This document shows positions 26,379-38,900 of a stretch of DNA of 64,000 nucleotides, piece by piece. Each line of letters opens with the position of its first letter. The first letter of the stretch is position 1. Source of the DNA: Candidatus Parcubacteria bacterium (GTDB lineage Bacteria; Patescibacteriota; Patescibacteriia; Patescibacteriales; UBA12075); contig CAWFCE010000002.1 in the NCBI GenBank assembly GCA_963814275.1, positions 362,537 through 426,536 on the forward strand, written 5' to 3'. The translations under genes and the position numbers were made by a program. The notes under the pieces were generated by a model. The model was not told where the DNA came from, searched no databases, and worked only from the letters and a program-made list of their open reading frames with translations.

Positions 26379-26839
26379 GCAAATGTCAAATTGCGAATGT
26401 CGAATGATGAATTATTATAGGTATAAAAACATAAATTTATGAAAAATGATTTAAAAGACAGAACAAAAGGATTTGCTTTACGGATTTTGAAAATGGCCAC
26501 ATTTTTACCACATACACAGGAAGGAAATATTATACGTGGGCAAATAATCAGATGTGGCACTTCGACTGCATCTAATTATCGTGCGGCATGTAGGGCGCAA
26601 TCATTGAATACTTTTTTAGCAAAGATGAGCATTGTCGAGGAAGAGATTGACGAAACTGCGTTTTGGCTTGAGATTATAATTGAAAGAAAATTAATTAAAC
26701 AAGAGTTGTTGAAAAATTTATTATATGAAGCTTACGAATTAGTGGCGATTACGGTTAGCTCAAAAAAGACCGCCCGAAAATCACATTCGGATTAAAAATT
26801 AGTTATTCGTCATTCGTAGTTCGTCATTCGACATTTGTC
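26379..26839. mobile_element. inverted-repeat-flanked cassette carrying the four-helix-bundle gene
   Basis: The left arm GCAAATGTCAAATTGCGAATGTCGAATGATGAATT (26379-26413) matches the reverse complement of the right arm ATTCGTCATTCGTAGTTCGTCATTCGACATTTGTC (26805-26839) at about 25 of 33 positions. Confidence 0.5.
26439..26795 (+). CDS. four-helix-bundle protein (23S rRNA intervening-sequence protein / Avd-like family)
   Basis: The pattern DLKDRTKGFALRILKM...GQIIRCGTSTASNYRAACRAQS...FLAKMSIVEEEIDETAFWLEII is typical of this family. Confidence 0.85.
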   Translation: MKNDLKDRTKGFALRILKMATFLPHTQEGNIIRGQIIRCGTSTASNYRAACRAQSLNTFLAKMSIVEEEIDETAFWLEIIIERKLIKQELLKNLLYEAYELVAITVSSKKTARKSHSD

Positions 26840-26916
26840 ACTTCCCGCGGGTGAATAAGGCCTGATTGTAAACTATGCATCCCCATGCTCGTCTACCGTC
26901 TGACAGCCGGTAAGCG

Positions 26917-29900
26917 TTGATCAGAGTCTTGTTCGCCCACTGGAGAGGGCAAAGATATTCGACTAATCATTATTCAAAAATCGTGGTTATCGCAAAAAAC
27001 AAATTTATATCTATCCTGATCGCCGCGCTGGCCATTGCCGGTATGTTTGCGCCGGGCAATGTGGCGCGGGCGGATTCCGGTGCTTGGCGGGAAAACCGCG
27101 GTTTTGAGCTGAATCTGGAATCGAAGCAAAAAGTTTTCGCGGTGAATGAGAATCCGGAGCTGAACTTCGTCTTCCGCAAACAAAGGCAGGGCTGGGAGCG
27201 CGTAACCGCTTGGTTCAAAGATTTGGTAAGTGATGAATACGAGGCTTCGGAATTTGCCGCCCGAGTGGACGGGAACAGTGATACGGACGTAAAGGTAGAA
27301 TACGACAAAAACGGACGATTCCGGACGCTTATCGCTGACAGCCGCAACCTGCGGCCGGGAAAACATACCCTGGATATTGAAATTACAGATCCGTCTTCGG
27401 GCGGCGAGCCGGCCAGCTTTACCCAGGATTTTATTTGGGGCGTATTAGCGTTCAATCCGGACCAGTCGGTATATCAGCCGGGCGATACGGCTTATCTGCA
27501 ATTCGCCGTTTTGGACGATAACGGCGATACGCTCTGTGATGCCAAGATAAAAGTTAATATAAATGGACCCGGCTGGGGCAATAACGGAATTTTATCGACA
27601 GCAGACGGCACGATAGTCCGTAATCCGGATTGCGGACCGAACAATGTCATCGATACGCCGGACTATTACAGCCGCTATAAGCTGGATAAACCGGGGATTT
27701 ACGAGATCACCGTGGTCGCTGAAACAGCCAACGGCCCAAGAACATTAAGCGACCGGATCGAGGTGGGCGAGAATCCGCCTTTTACGGTCAGGCGCGAAGG
27801 GCCGACCCGCATCTGGCCGAAGGCGGATTATACAATGGCGATCGAAATCAAGGTAAACGAGGATTTTAGCGGTGATATTATCGAACATGTACCGGATGGA
27901 TTCTCAATTTTCAATTTTAAATTTTCAGACAATATCCAATATCCAATATCCAATATCCAAACTTTGAAAGAAAACGATGAGAAAAAAATAATAATTTCCG
28001 ATATTGATCTGATAGCGGGGGAAACCTATACATTCCGTTATTCTTTCGATGCGCCGGACAGAAGCCCTGAATTTTATCTGCTTGGCCCTCTGGAAGCAAT
28101 CTCCGCCCAAGGCGGATCCGCCTTGGGCGGAGAAAATCGCAAATGGCAGATCGCGTCGGATAAGACCGCGGAATTTTATGCTTCAACGGCAACCGCGGAA
28201 CAATCCTGGTCAAGCGGCACCTGGAACAATATCGCCGGCACGGTCGAGAGCGGTACGGCTGCCTCGACCAACGGCTGGCTCGACAATAGCAACTTTACGG
28301 TCGGCGAGCGGTATCTGATCATTGCCCAGGGCTCCCATTCGACCGGCAACAATAACGCACAATCCGGCTTTCGGGTGACGCACGGCGGTACGGCCTTTTC
28401 CGAATCGGTCGGCATCGAAGAGACCGACCGGACCGGCGCGAAGTACCGCGGCCGCTATTTCTGGTTCACGGTCTGGACCGCGGCTGACGAGGATATTGAG
28501 ATCCAGTCTTATCGTTCCGGTGATACGGCCGCTACCGACGGCGTCGATCTGATCGCGATCAACGCCGAAGAATTGATCGCGCACGGCGACCTGAAATGGG
28601 CGGTGGCCACCGCCGCGGCCGGCCCCCTGACCACCACGCCGACAGCGAAGGTCAGCACGGCCTGGCGGCCGCTGCGCGCCGGCGATAATTGGCTGACCGG
28701 CGCTTATACCCAGGCGCAAACCGTCGATGTCGATGTTTCTTTTGCCGCCCGGCTGAATATCGATTCCGGCACTATCCGGTCTAATTTTCAGGTCGAGGGC
28801 GAGAGAGCGGTCGATACGCCGGTGTACGGCCTGGGCTGGGTCAATGCCTACAGTGTGGCGACGCACACGGCGGCGGTCGAGCTCTATGAAACAGCCGCCA
28901 ATCAGGCCTGGAACGCGGCCGGCGTGTTCGCTTTGCGCCTGGACGCTTTTCAGAGCAGTGCGGCTTTTTCCAATGCCGCCAGCCTTACCCTGCCATCCGA
29001 TAATTCCTATGTGCAGATCGCTTCATCGGCCTATACCCCGCTTTCGAGCGGTTATACGCTGGTGCTCGGCGGTTTCATGGCCGATGACAATGACGCCCGG
29101 GTAACTTCGTATTTGCTTGAGTCAGGATCTCCGCTGACCGCGGAAACCGGCGGCTGGCAATTCAATGCCACCGATATCCGGCCGGCGATGGTGGCTAGTC
29201 TGAATAACTATGCGGTATTGACGCAAAAAGTCTATTCGGTCGACGCCCGCACCACCCGCGCTATCGTGGCGGCCGCCGTCAACCCCTGGCTCGTGGCTTT
29301 TTCCATGGAAATGAAAGAACCGCCGACCGGCGCTTTCGGGACTTTGAGCCAGAAAAGCGACGGATCCGGCAAAGTTGACGTCCAGATGCTGATCGACGAT
29401 GCGGATAATGATGATTGTAAAGCCAAGCTCGAGTATGTCCTGGGCGCGGCTTGCAGTTTCGGCGCTTCGCCCGCCCGCTCGACTCTGAGCGAAGTGGACG
29501 CGGACACGACCGCGAGCGCCGGCGATCCGCTCGTTTCAAACTCCTGGACCTACCAGGTCGGTACGACAAGCGACGCAATACTGACAAGTTCCGGCGCGAA
29601 TACGGTCAATGTCGACTGGAATACGAAAACCGATCTGCCTTCGGCTAACGGCGAAACCTACTGCTTGCGGCTGACCGCCAACGATTATTATTTCGACCAG
29701 GCTACCCCGGCTACTGCGACCGTAGTCATCGACAATACCGCGCCTGCCATATCCGCGGTCATCACCGATAACCTGATGTATAAGATCGGCGATACTCTGC
29801 GGGCAACAGTCACGGTTGCGAGCGAACCGGGAAATCTGACGATCGGACCGGGTTCAACGGTGAACGGCGGTACGATCACGAATATCCAGAAGGCGAATAA

Positions 29901-32900
29901 TACCACCTTTACCGTTGATTATACCGTAGCTGCGGGCCAGGCTGACCGCTGGGCCACGGGGACGATCCCTTATAATATTTCTTTGGCCGACCCCAACGGC
30001 AACAAGAGCGCGACCTCGTCGGGCAGTTTCGCGAACGGTTCGCTTGACGCCAACGCGCCGGCTATCAGCGCCGCGGCCATACCAAACCGGATGTACGGGA
30101 TCGGCGATATCCTGCGGGCGACCGTTACGGTGGCAGCGGATCCGAGCGTATTCTCCCTGCATACTGCCACTATCAACGGCAAAACGGCTGTCAACCTGCA
30201 AAGAATAGACAGCACCGGTTATACGCTCGAATATACGGTGGCGGAAGGGGATACGGACCGGGCCAGCGGCACGATCCCGTATTCTATCCGATTGCGTGAT
30301 TATTACGGCAATATCAATTCCGCCTATAGCGGTTCATTCACGAATGGATCGCTTGATGCCCACCGGCCGGTGATCCAGGGGGTATATATTACGAACGGAA
30401 CTTATGGCATCGGTGATGGCATAGATCTGGTCATCGATACCACAGAAAGCGGCTTACATTTGGATAATGTGGCCGTAAACGGAAAAAGCGTCGGCGGTTT
30501 CGTCGATCATGCCGATACGACCTATAGCGTTACTTATGCGGTCGCTGAGGGCGATACTGACCGCAGCGCCGGTGCAATCCCGGTATCGATCGTGATGCGC
30601 GACCGGTACGGCAACGAAAATGTTCCTTATACCACCCCTTCAGCCAACAGCGCTTCAGTCGATGCCCATAAGCCGGAAATATTGTCGGTGGCTTTGCCGA
30701 ACCGGGCCTATAAGATCGGTGATACCATAACGGCTACCGCGACAGTAAGCGCCGATACCGACAGCTACACGCTGGGGGCGTCGACGATCAATAACGTTGC
30801 CGCCGGTAGTCTGCATAAGGTCGATAATTCCACTTATACCTTCAATTATACGGTGCAATCGGGAAATAGCGACCGTACTGCCGGTATGATCCCGGTGTCG
30901 CTTGTATTGGCCGACTCCTTGAGCCAAAGCAATGACCTACCTTTTACCACGGTCGATGCCAATACCGCTTCGATCGACGCCAACCCGCCGGTCGTCAGCA
31001 CAATTACCTTCACCCCCGGTTCCGGCACCCTGAAGGTCGGGGACAAGGCGACTGCCACGATTGCACTTGCGGGCGCGGAGGTGAATTGTACTGCCGTGAC
31101 GATGACGATCAATACCATTAACGTGATCAGCACTTTTGCCGATCTGGGAAGCGGCAATTATCGCCTGGTCTATACAGTGGCCGAAGGCCACACGGACCAT
31201 CCGGATAATGACGACCTGCCGGTTTATTTGATATTGCGCGACGCGTCCGGCAACGACAGCGCCGCCTATGCCACGGCCGATCCGACGCACCGCCCCGGCG
31301 TGGACGCCCATACGCCGGGTATTTCCAGCGTCACCTTCACCCCCACCGGCGGCACCCTCAAAGTGGGCGACAAAGCGACCGCCACGATCGCCGTCAGCGG
31401 CGCCGAAGCGGGCTTGAACGCCGGCAATACCATGACCATCAATGGCGTGGATGTCAGTGCTACCTTCGTTGACATTGGTAGTGGTAATTACCAAGTCGTT
31501 TATACGGTCAGCGAGGGTAATACTGATATTGACGATGCGGATGACTTGCCGGTGAACCTGAACATCCAGGACGACGCCAACAACATATCCGCCGCCTATG
31601 CCACGGCCGATCCGACGCACCGCCCCGGCGTGGACGCCCATACGCCGGGTATTTCCAGCGTCACCTTCACCCCCACCGGCGGCACCCTCAAAGTGGGCGA
31701 CAAAGCGACCGCCACGATCGCCGTCAGCGGCGCCGAAGCGGGCTTGAACGCCGGCAATACCATGACCATCAATGGCGTGGATGTCAGTGCTACCTTCGTT
31801 GACATTGGTAGTGGTAATTACCAAGTCGTTTATACGGTCAGCGAGGGTAATACTGATATTGACGATGCGGATGACTTGCCGGTGAACCTGAACATCCAGG
31901 ACGACGCCAACAACATATCCGCCGCCTATGCCACGGCCGATCCGACGCACCGCCCCGGCGTGGACGCCCATACGCCGGGTATTTCCAGCGTCACCTTCAC
32001 CCCCACCGGCGGCACCCTCAAAGTGGGCGACAAAGCGACCGCCACGATCGCCGTCAGCGGCGCCGAAGCGGGCTTGAACGCCGGCAATACCATGACCATC
32101 AATGGCGTGGATGTCAGTGCTACCTTCGTTGACATTGGTAGTGGTAATTACCAAGTCGTTTATACGGTCAGCGAGGGTAATACTGATATTGACGATGCGG
32201 ATGACTTGCCGGTGAACCTGAACATCCAGGACGACGCCAACAACATATCCGCCGCCTATGCCACGGCCGATCCGACGCACCGCCCCGGCGTGGACGCCCA
32301 TACGCCGGGTATTTCCAGCGTCACCTTCACCCCCACCGGCGGCACCCTCAAAGTGGGCGACAAAGCGACCGCCACGATCGCCGTCAGCGGCGCCGAAGCG
32401 GGCTTGAACGCCGGCAATACCATGACCATCAATGGCGTGGATGTCAGTGCTACCTTCGTTGACATTGGTAGTGGTAATTACCAAGTCGTTTATACGGTCA
32501 GCGAGGGTAATACTGATATTGACGATGCGGATGACTTGCCGGTGAACCTGAACATCCAGGACGACGCCAACAACATATCCGCCGCCTATGCCACGGCCGA
32601 TCCGACGCACCGCCCCGGCGTGGACGCCCATACGCCGGGTATTTCCAGCGTCACCTTCACCCCCACCGGCGGCACCCTCAAAGTGGGCGACAAAGCGACC
32701 GCCACGATCGCCGTCAGCGGCGCCGAAGCGGGCTTGAACGCCGGCAATACCATGACCATCAATGGCGTGGATGTCAGTGCTACCTTCGTTGACATTGGTA
32801 GTGGTAATTACCAAGTCGTTTATACGGTCAGCGAGGGTAATACTGATATTGACGATGCGGATGACTTGCCGGTGAACCTGAACATCCAGGACGACGCCAA

Positions 32901-35900
32901 CAACATATCCGCCGCCTATGCCACGGCCGATCCGACGCACCGCCCCGGCGTGGACGCCCATACGCCGACCGTACCGGGCGGCTTATCCTATGCCGACCAT
33001 ACGAATAACAGCATTATAATAATTTTCGGCGCCACCTCCACCGAGAGCAACTTCAGCGAATACCGGATATACTACAAGGCCGGGCAGAGCGGGGTCACCG
33101 AGACGGACAGCGTTTGGGACCAGGGAGACGACGGCAATCTGGGCGATATCCTGTTCAATCACGCGGCATCAACGACGATTAGCGGCCTTGATCCGGATAC
33201 CGATTATGTATTCAATATCTGGGTTTACGACCAGGCCGGCAATAAGGCCAGTGCCGCCGCCGAATTGCAGGCCGCCACGAATTACCGGCCGACGGTTCCC
33301 TCGGATCTGGTGCAGAAATTGAACGATAATTATACCGTTGTCGAAAACAACGCCTGGGCGATAGACCAGTCGATGGTATTGAGCGCCACATCTACCGATA
33401 CGGATGATGAGTTTTTCGATTATTACTATGAAGTGGTAGGCGCGAGCAGCACCTTAACGACCGCGGCGACCGTACCGGCTTCAAGCTGCAACTCGGGAAC
33501 CGGATATGTGGAATGTACGGAAAAAATCTGGAAAAACTCCACCGGTCCGGCCTGGTACAGCGAAAACTGGCTTTACCGCAAGCAGATCGTGATCGACTCG
33601 GACTTGGTCGAGGATGATCTGCAGGATTTCCCCTTCCTGATCAGCAACACCGACGAGGATCTGAGGCGAAACGCCCGTTCCGACGGCCATGATATCATCT
33701 TCACGGCCGCGGACGGCGTGAGTGAAGTAAATTACGAGCGCAAATTGTACGATCCGGCCAATGGCCAGCTGATCGCCTGGGTCAAGACCGACCTGTCTTC
33801 CTCCGCTGACACCTTTCTGTATATGTATTACGGCAACAGCGGCATTGCCACCGACCACTCGACCACGACCGGCGTCTGGGACGCCGACTATCTCGGCGTC
33901 TGGCATATGGACGAGCCGCCCACCGGTTCGGCGAACGACATCAAGGACAGCTCCGGCTACGGCCATGATATGACTTCCTACAATATGGATTCGTCCAAAA
34001 GGATAGTAACCGATACCGGTTACGCGTATGATTTCGACGGGGCCGGCGATTATCTGGAAGATAGCGACGGAGAAAATTATATCAACGGTTTGTCCCAATT
34101 TACGGTTGAGCTTTGGTTAAAATCCGATGTCACCGGCTCTGACAGAGGATTTATTATCGGCGAGCCGCCGGCCGGTAATGATAGTTTTTTTACGTTACGT
34201 TACGATGAAGCCGGCGCGAATAACCAAAACACCTATCACAATTTGGTAAAAGGAGCCATTACAATTACCGGGCCGACTGAAAAACAATATGAATCCAGCG
34301 CGGGGGTGCAAACAACTGATTGGCAACACTTGGTTTTTCGGTGGCAAAGCGGCGGCCAGTACGAGGTTTTAATAAATGGCCAGTATGACTCTTATACTTT
34401 TAATTCTCCGGCCGGAACAGGCGTAACGACCGGCGCGACAATGCTGCGCATCGGCCAGGGCGGCAAAGACAATACGGCCGCTTTGGGATGGGACGGTGTG
34501 ATCGACGAGGTCAGGATCTCGGACTTGTACCGGTCCGATGCCTGGGAAAAGACCGCTTATAACAACCAGTCTAATCTGACCGATTTTGCCCTGATGGGCG
34601 CGCAGGACGCGGTCAGGATATTCAACCTGCCCGAATCCTCGGAAGGCTACAAATGGCAGGTGATGGCCTGTGATGGCCACGGGGCTTGTTCTGACTGGAC
34701 GCCGTACAATCCGACCACGCCTAACTTCAAAGTGGACAATACAGCGCCCACCACGCCCGGCAACCTGAGCGAAGACAGCCATACTTCGACCAGCGTGACT
34801 TTGAATTTAAACGCTACATCCACGGAATCATTTTTCGCCGGGTATAAGATATTTTACAAGCAATACGACGGTACGCCTGTCGCGGAAACCGACAGCGAAT
34901 TTTCCGCCGCTGACGATCCGGATCTGGCGGATATTCTCTATAACGGCACCGCTACCGCAACAATCAATTTCCTGACCGCCGGCACGCAGTATGAATTCAA
35001 TATCTGGGCTTACGACGAATCGGGGCAAAAAGCCAGCGCCACCCCGATCACGGTGACGACCGCTTCCGCCAGCAACGAACCGGCCGGATATTTTACCGGC
35101 GCGTCCGAGAAAGCCAATGGCGGCGGCGCGGTCGATCTGGCGATCAGAGTCAATGATCTCGACAACGACCCGATCCGTGCCCGTATCGATTATGCCGCCG
35201 GTACGGCTTGTGACTTCTCCTCGCCGCTGGATCCGACCCTGGACACCAAAAGCGCCAATATCACAGCCGATTTCGGTCAGCCGGCAATCGATAATTCCAG
35301 CACCTATCAGGTGGGCGCTTCGAGCGATTGGATCATCACGGCTTTCGGCTATAATACCGTCAATTTCGACTGGCTGTCGAAAACCGATATTCCCGGGGCG
35401 GACGGCGATTATTGTCTGCGTCTTATCACCAATGACGGCACATATGACCAAGTGGCCGCGGCCACCACGACGCTGACACTGGACAACGTGAATCCGACCG
35501 CGCCGGGCAGTCTGACGATCATCAGTACTACGACCTATCAAGCGGTCATCGGTTTCGGCGCCACTTCAAGCGATACCAATTTCAACCGTTATGAGATCCA
35601 CTACAAAGCGGGAACGAGCGGTGTAACGATCAATAACACCGAGAAAACCGACGGGAATTTATCCGCCCCGGATTTCAACGGCGCTGCGAATACCGTGTTG
35701 GACGGACTGCTGGCCGGCACCGATTATGTGGTCAATATCTGGGCTTATGACGATTACGGCAATCGGGCCACGGCCACGGAATTGGCTTTCCATACCAACC
35801 AGATACCGGCCGCGCCGGCATCGCTTGGCCAATACAAAAGCGACGGCGTAACCGCCATCGCGAATAACGGCTGGACCAATGAGGACACTTTCCATCTTTC

Positions 35901-38900
35901 CGCCGCGGTAATTGATGAGGACCCGGGCGAAACGATCACGCTTTATTTCGAAATCGCCTCCACTTCAGCCTCTTTTACCGATGCCACATCCAGTGCCTGC
36001 GCTTATGATGCTTCCTGGACCGCTTGCCTGAGCCGCGTTTGGCAGGCGGTTTCCGCGCCAGGGGATTACAGCGCCACGCCCTTTACCGGCACGGTCCAAC
36101 CGGCCGGCGTACCCGATGCATATACAGGGCTCAAATGGCAGGTGATGGCTTGCGACCATGATAACCGCTGTTCCGCCTGGTCCGATGCCGGTTCTGACCC
36201 GAACCTGAAAATCGACCATACCGCGCCGACCCCGCCGGGCAGCCTGGCCTTAGGCGTTTATGATTCTGACAGTATTACCCTAACATTCGGTTCCTCGACC
36301 GAGGAAAGTAATTTCCGTGAGTATATAATATATTATAAGATGGGAACCGCCGGGATAGACGAAAGCGGCACGCCCCATAGCTCGACCACAGATGCCAATA
36401 TGCTGGCAGCCGACTACAATAGCGCCGGCAGCACCGTGGTCGGCGGCCTGGCAGAGGGGCAGGATTACGTATTCAATATCTGGGCTTACGACCAGGCCGG
36501 CAACGCCGCCAGCTCCAGCGCCGAATACACCCACCAGACCAATAACCGGCCGATTGCCGTTTTGGATTCGTACGTGCCGCGGTTGAACGGATCAGGCATC
36601 GTCGATATCGATTTTACCGTCAATGATGCGGACGGCGACAACGTCCGGGCAATGCTGGAATTCGATCCGGGCGGAGATTGTGAATTCCCGTTCCCTCTGG
36701 ATCCGACTATCGATGAAACCGACGCCAATGCCACCTCGACTTATGGCGACGCCAAGGTCGAAAACGATAATTTCTACCAGATCGGCAATGCCGGCGGCTG
36801 GATCACCACGGCCAGCGGCGCCAATACCGTCCATATCGACTGGCAGTCAAAGATCGATCTGCCCTCCGGCGACAATACTTACTGCCTTCGCCTGACCGCC
36901 AATGACCAGATCGAAAACCAGGCTTCTGCCGCGACCGGTACCGTGACCATCGACAATGCCAGCCCGGGAAAACCGGGAGCGTTAACGCTTTCGAGCCGCA
37001 GCGCGACCGCCCTGGTCCTCTCTTACGGCGCCACCTCGAGCGAATCGCATTTCTATCGCTACCGCCTGTTCTACAAAGAAGGCGTATCCACGGTCTATGA
37101 AACGGATTCGGAAAAGACTGACGCCAATCTCTGGGACCAGGGTTTCAACGGCGCCGCCACGACTTCTATCGGCAGCCTCAAACCGAATACGCAATACAGC
37201 GTCAAGCTTTTCGTATACGATTCGTACGGTAATAAGAACAGTTCGAACCAGGCGACGTTTACGACCAACGCCCGGCCCACCGGGGCCATCAATGCCGCGG
37301 TGGAGAAAACGAACGGCAGCGGGCGGGTGGATATCTCGGTCGAGGTCTATGATGTGAATGGCGACACCTGCCGGGCCAAAATGGAATATGTCGCCGGCAG
37401 CTCCTGTAATTTCGCCTCCCCCCTCGATCCGACCCTGGACGAGAGCCAGGCCAATATTTCCGCCGATTACGGCATACCGACGATCGCCAACAGTAGCGAA
37501 TATCAGGTCGGATCACCCACCCGGATCATTACCTCGAGCGGATCGAATACTGTCAATTTCGACTGGCTGTCCAAAACCGACTTGCCCGCCGGCGATGGAG
37601 TGTATTGTCTGCGGTTGACGGTAGTCGATGAGACCGACAGCCAGCTGACGCTGGCCACCACCACCGTAACCATCGATAATGCCAACCCGGTCGCGCCGGA
37701 CAACCTGAGCATCAACAGCGTTACCGGGATCAGCGTTATGCTGGATTACGGCCTTTTCCCCGGTAGCGATTCCCATTTCAAGGAGTACAAGATTTTTTAT
37801 AAAAAGGGCTCGAGCGGAGTGGCCGAGGCGGATACGCCCTGGACCAAGAACGACGATATCAATCTGGGCGCATATGGCTTCAATTCCGCTTCTTCGACTA
37901 TAATCCCCGGCCTGGAGCAGGATACCGACTATGTTTTCAATATCTGGATATACGATCTGTACGGCAACAAGGCCCATGCTGCCGAAATATCGACCACGAC
38001 CGCGATCGTCCCTTCCGCCACCTGGCGCGAAGCCATCGATACGGCCGACCCGACCGCAGGCACGTTCCTGGCGCCGGGCGATAATATCCGCATCCGTCTG
38101 GCCGCGGCCAATGCCGGCGACTGGATCACCAGCCAGTCTTATCGGCTGGAATATGGCCTCAAAGCCAGCTCCTGCGCCGAAATTGCCGGCTGGACCGTGG
38201 TACCGGCCGTGGCTGTTGGCGAGCATTTCGAAATGGCGGCCAGTGATTTTTTCGATAATTTAGCTTCGACTACCGCGCGTCTCTCCGCTGACGGCCGTTC
38301 GTTCGTACCCGGCTATATGCTGGAAAACCCGTCCGCCAGTGCCAATCCGATCGCTCTGGCCGCGAACCAGTATACGGAATTGGAATATACGGTGGTGGCG
38401 ACGGTGGATTCCGACGCCGGCCAAACATACTGTTTCCGCTTGAGCGACCAGGGAATTCCTTTGGATGAGTATGCCGAATACGCGGAAATTACCCTGGCTC
38501 CGCCGCCGCAAGGCGTATTCAAGAGTCTTAAACAACGCAGTAACGGCAGCGGAATTATTGACCTGTCAATCGGTGTATCCGATCTGAACGGCGATCCGAG
38601 CCGGGCCAGGCTGGAATATGTGGCCGGGGCCGATTGCGATTTCGGCTCTCCATTGCGGCCGACAATGGACGAGACTAATGCCAATATTACCGCAACTTAC
38701 GGCGATCCGACAATCGATAATTCAGCCGACTATCAGATCGGTACGAGCAGTTATCCGATCCTGACCGCGTATGGCACCAATACGGTGGCTTTCGATTGGG
38801 ACACGCTAACCGATTTGCCTGACAGCGAGGGAGATTATTGCCTGCGCTTGACGGCCAATGACTACTATGACGACCAGAATCCGCCGGCCACCACCACGGT

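Noticed and set aside
24884-26560. A 558-aa minus-strand ORF overlapping the 3' end of giant gene 1 and the four-helix-bundle cassette. Similar long antisense ORFs occur at 14006-14791, 15607-16584, 34828-35541, 37513-38226, 57874-58722 and 58810-59535.
   Set aside because: They are low-complexity, Arg/Gly-rich translations opposite well-supported sense genes, typical of shadow ORFs. None has a recognisable motif or an RBS.
26439-26795. The four-helix-bundle (Avd-like) gene next to giant surface genes as part of a diversity-generating retroelement.
   Set aside because: No reverse transcriptase ORF is in the window. I could not find a template/variable repeat pair with adenine-specific differences near the 3' ends of the neighbouring genes. 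It is kept only as a stand-alone cassette.
26885-26920. Programmed ribosomal frameshift joining the ATCCCCATG-initiated uORF to the giant ORF.
   Set aside because: There is no slippery heptamer at the junction (AAG CGT TGA). A TTGA stop-start overlap, or a simple sequencing indel, explains the geometry more economically.
30937-32961. A 674-aa minus-strand ORF, with smaller 69-aa minus ORFs repeating every 330 bp, antisense to giant gene 2.
   Set aside because: It is a mirror-frame artefact of GC-rich repetitive coding DNA. Its periodic sequence simply reflects the sense-strand tandem repeat. It has no start context, and the sense ORF has clear domain content.
31261-32967. Could the regular repeat array be a CRISPR array?
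   Set aside because: The units are 330 bp, contiguous with no unique spacers, and read in frame as Ig-like protein repeats. No cas genes are in the window.
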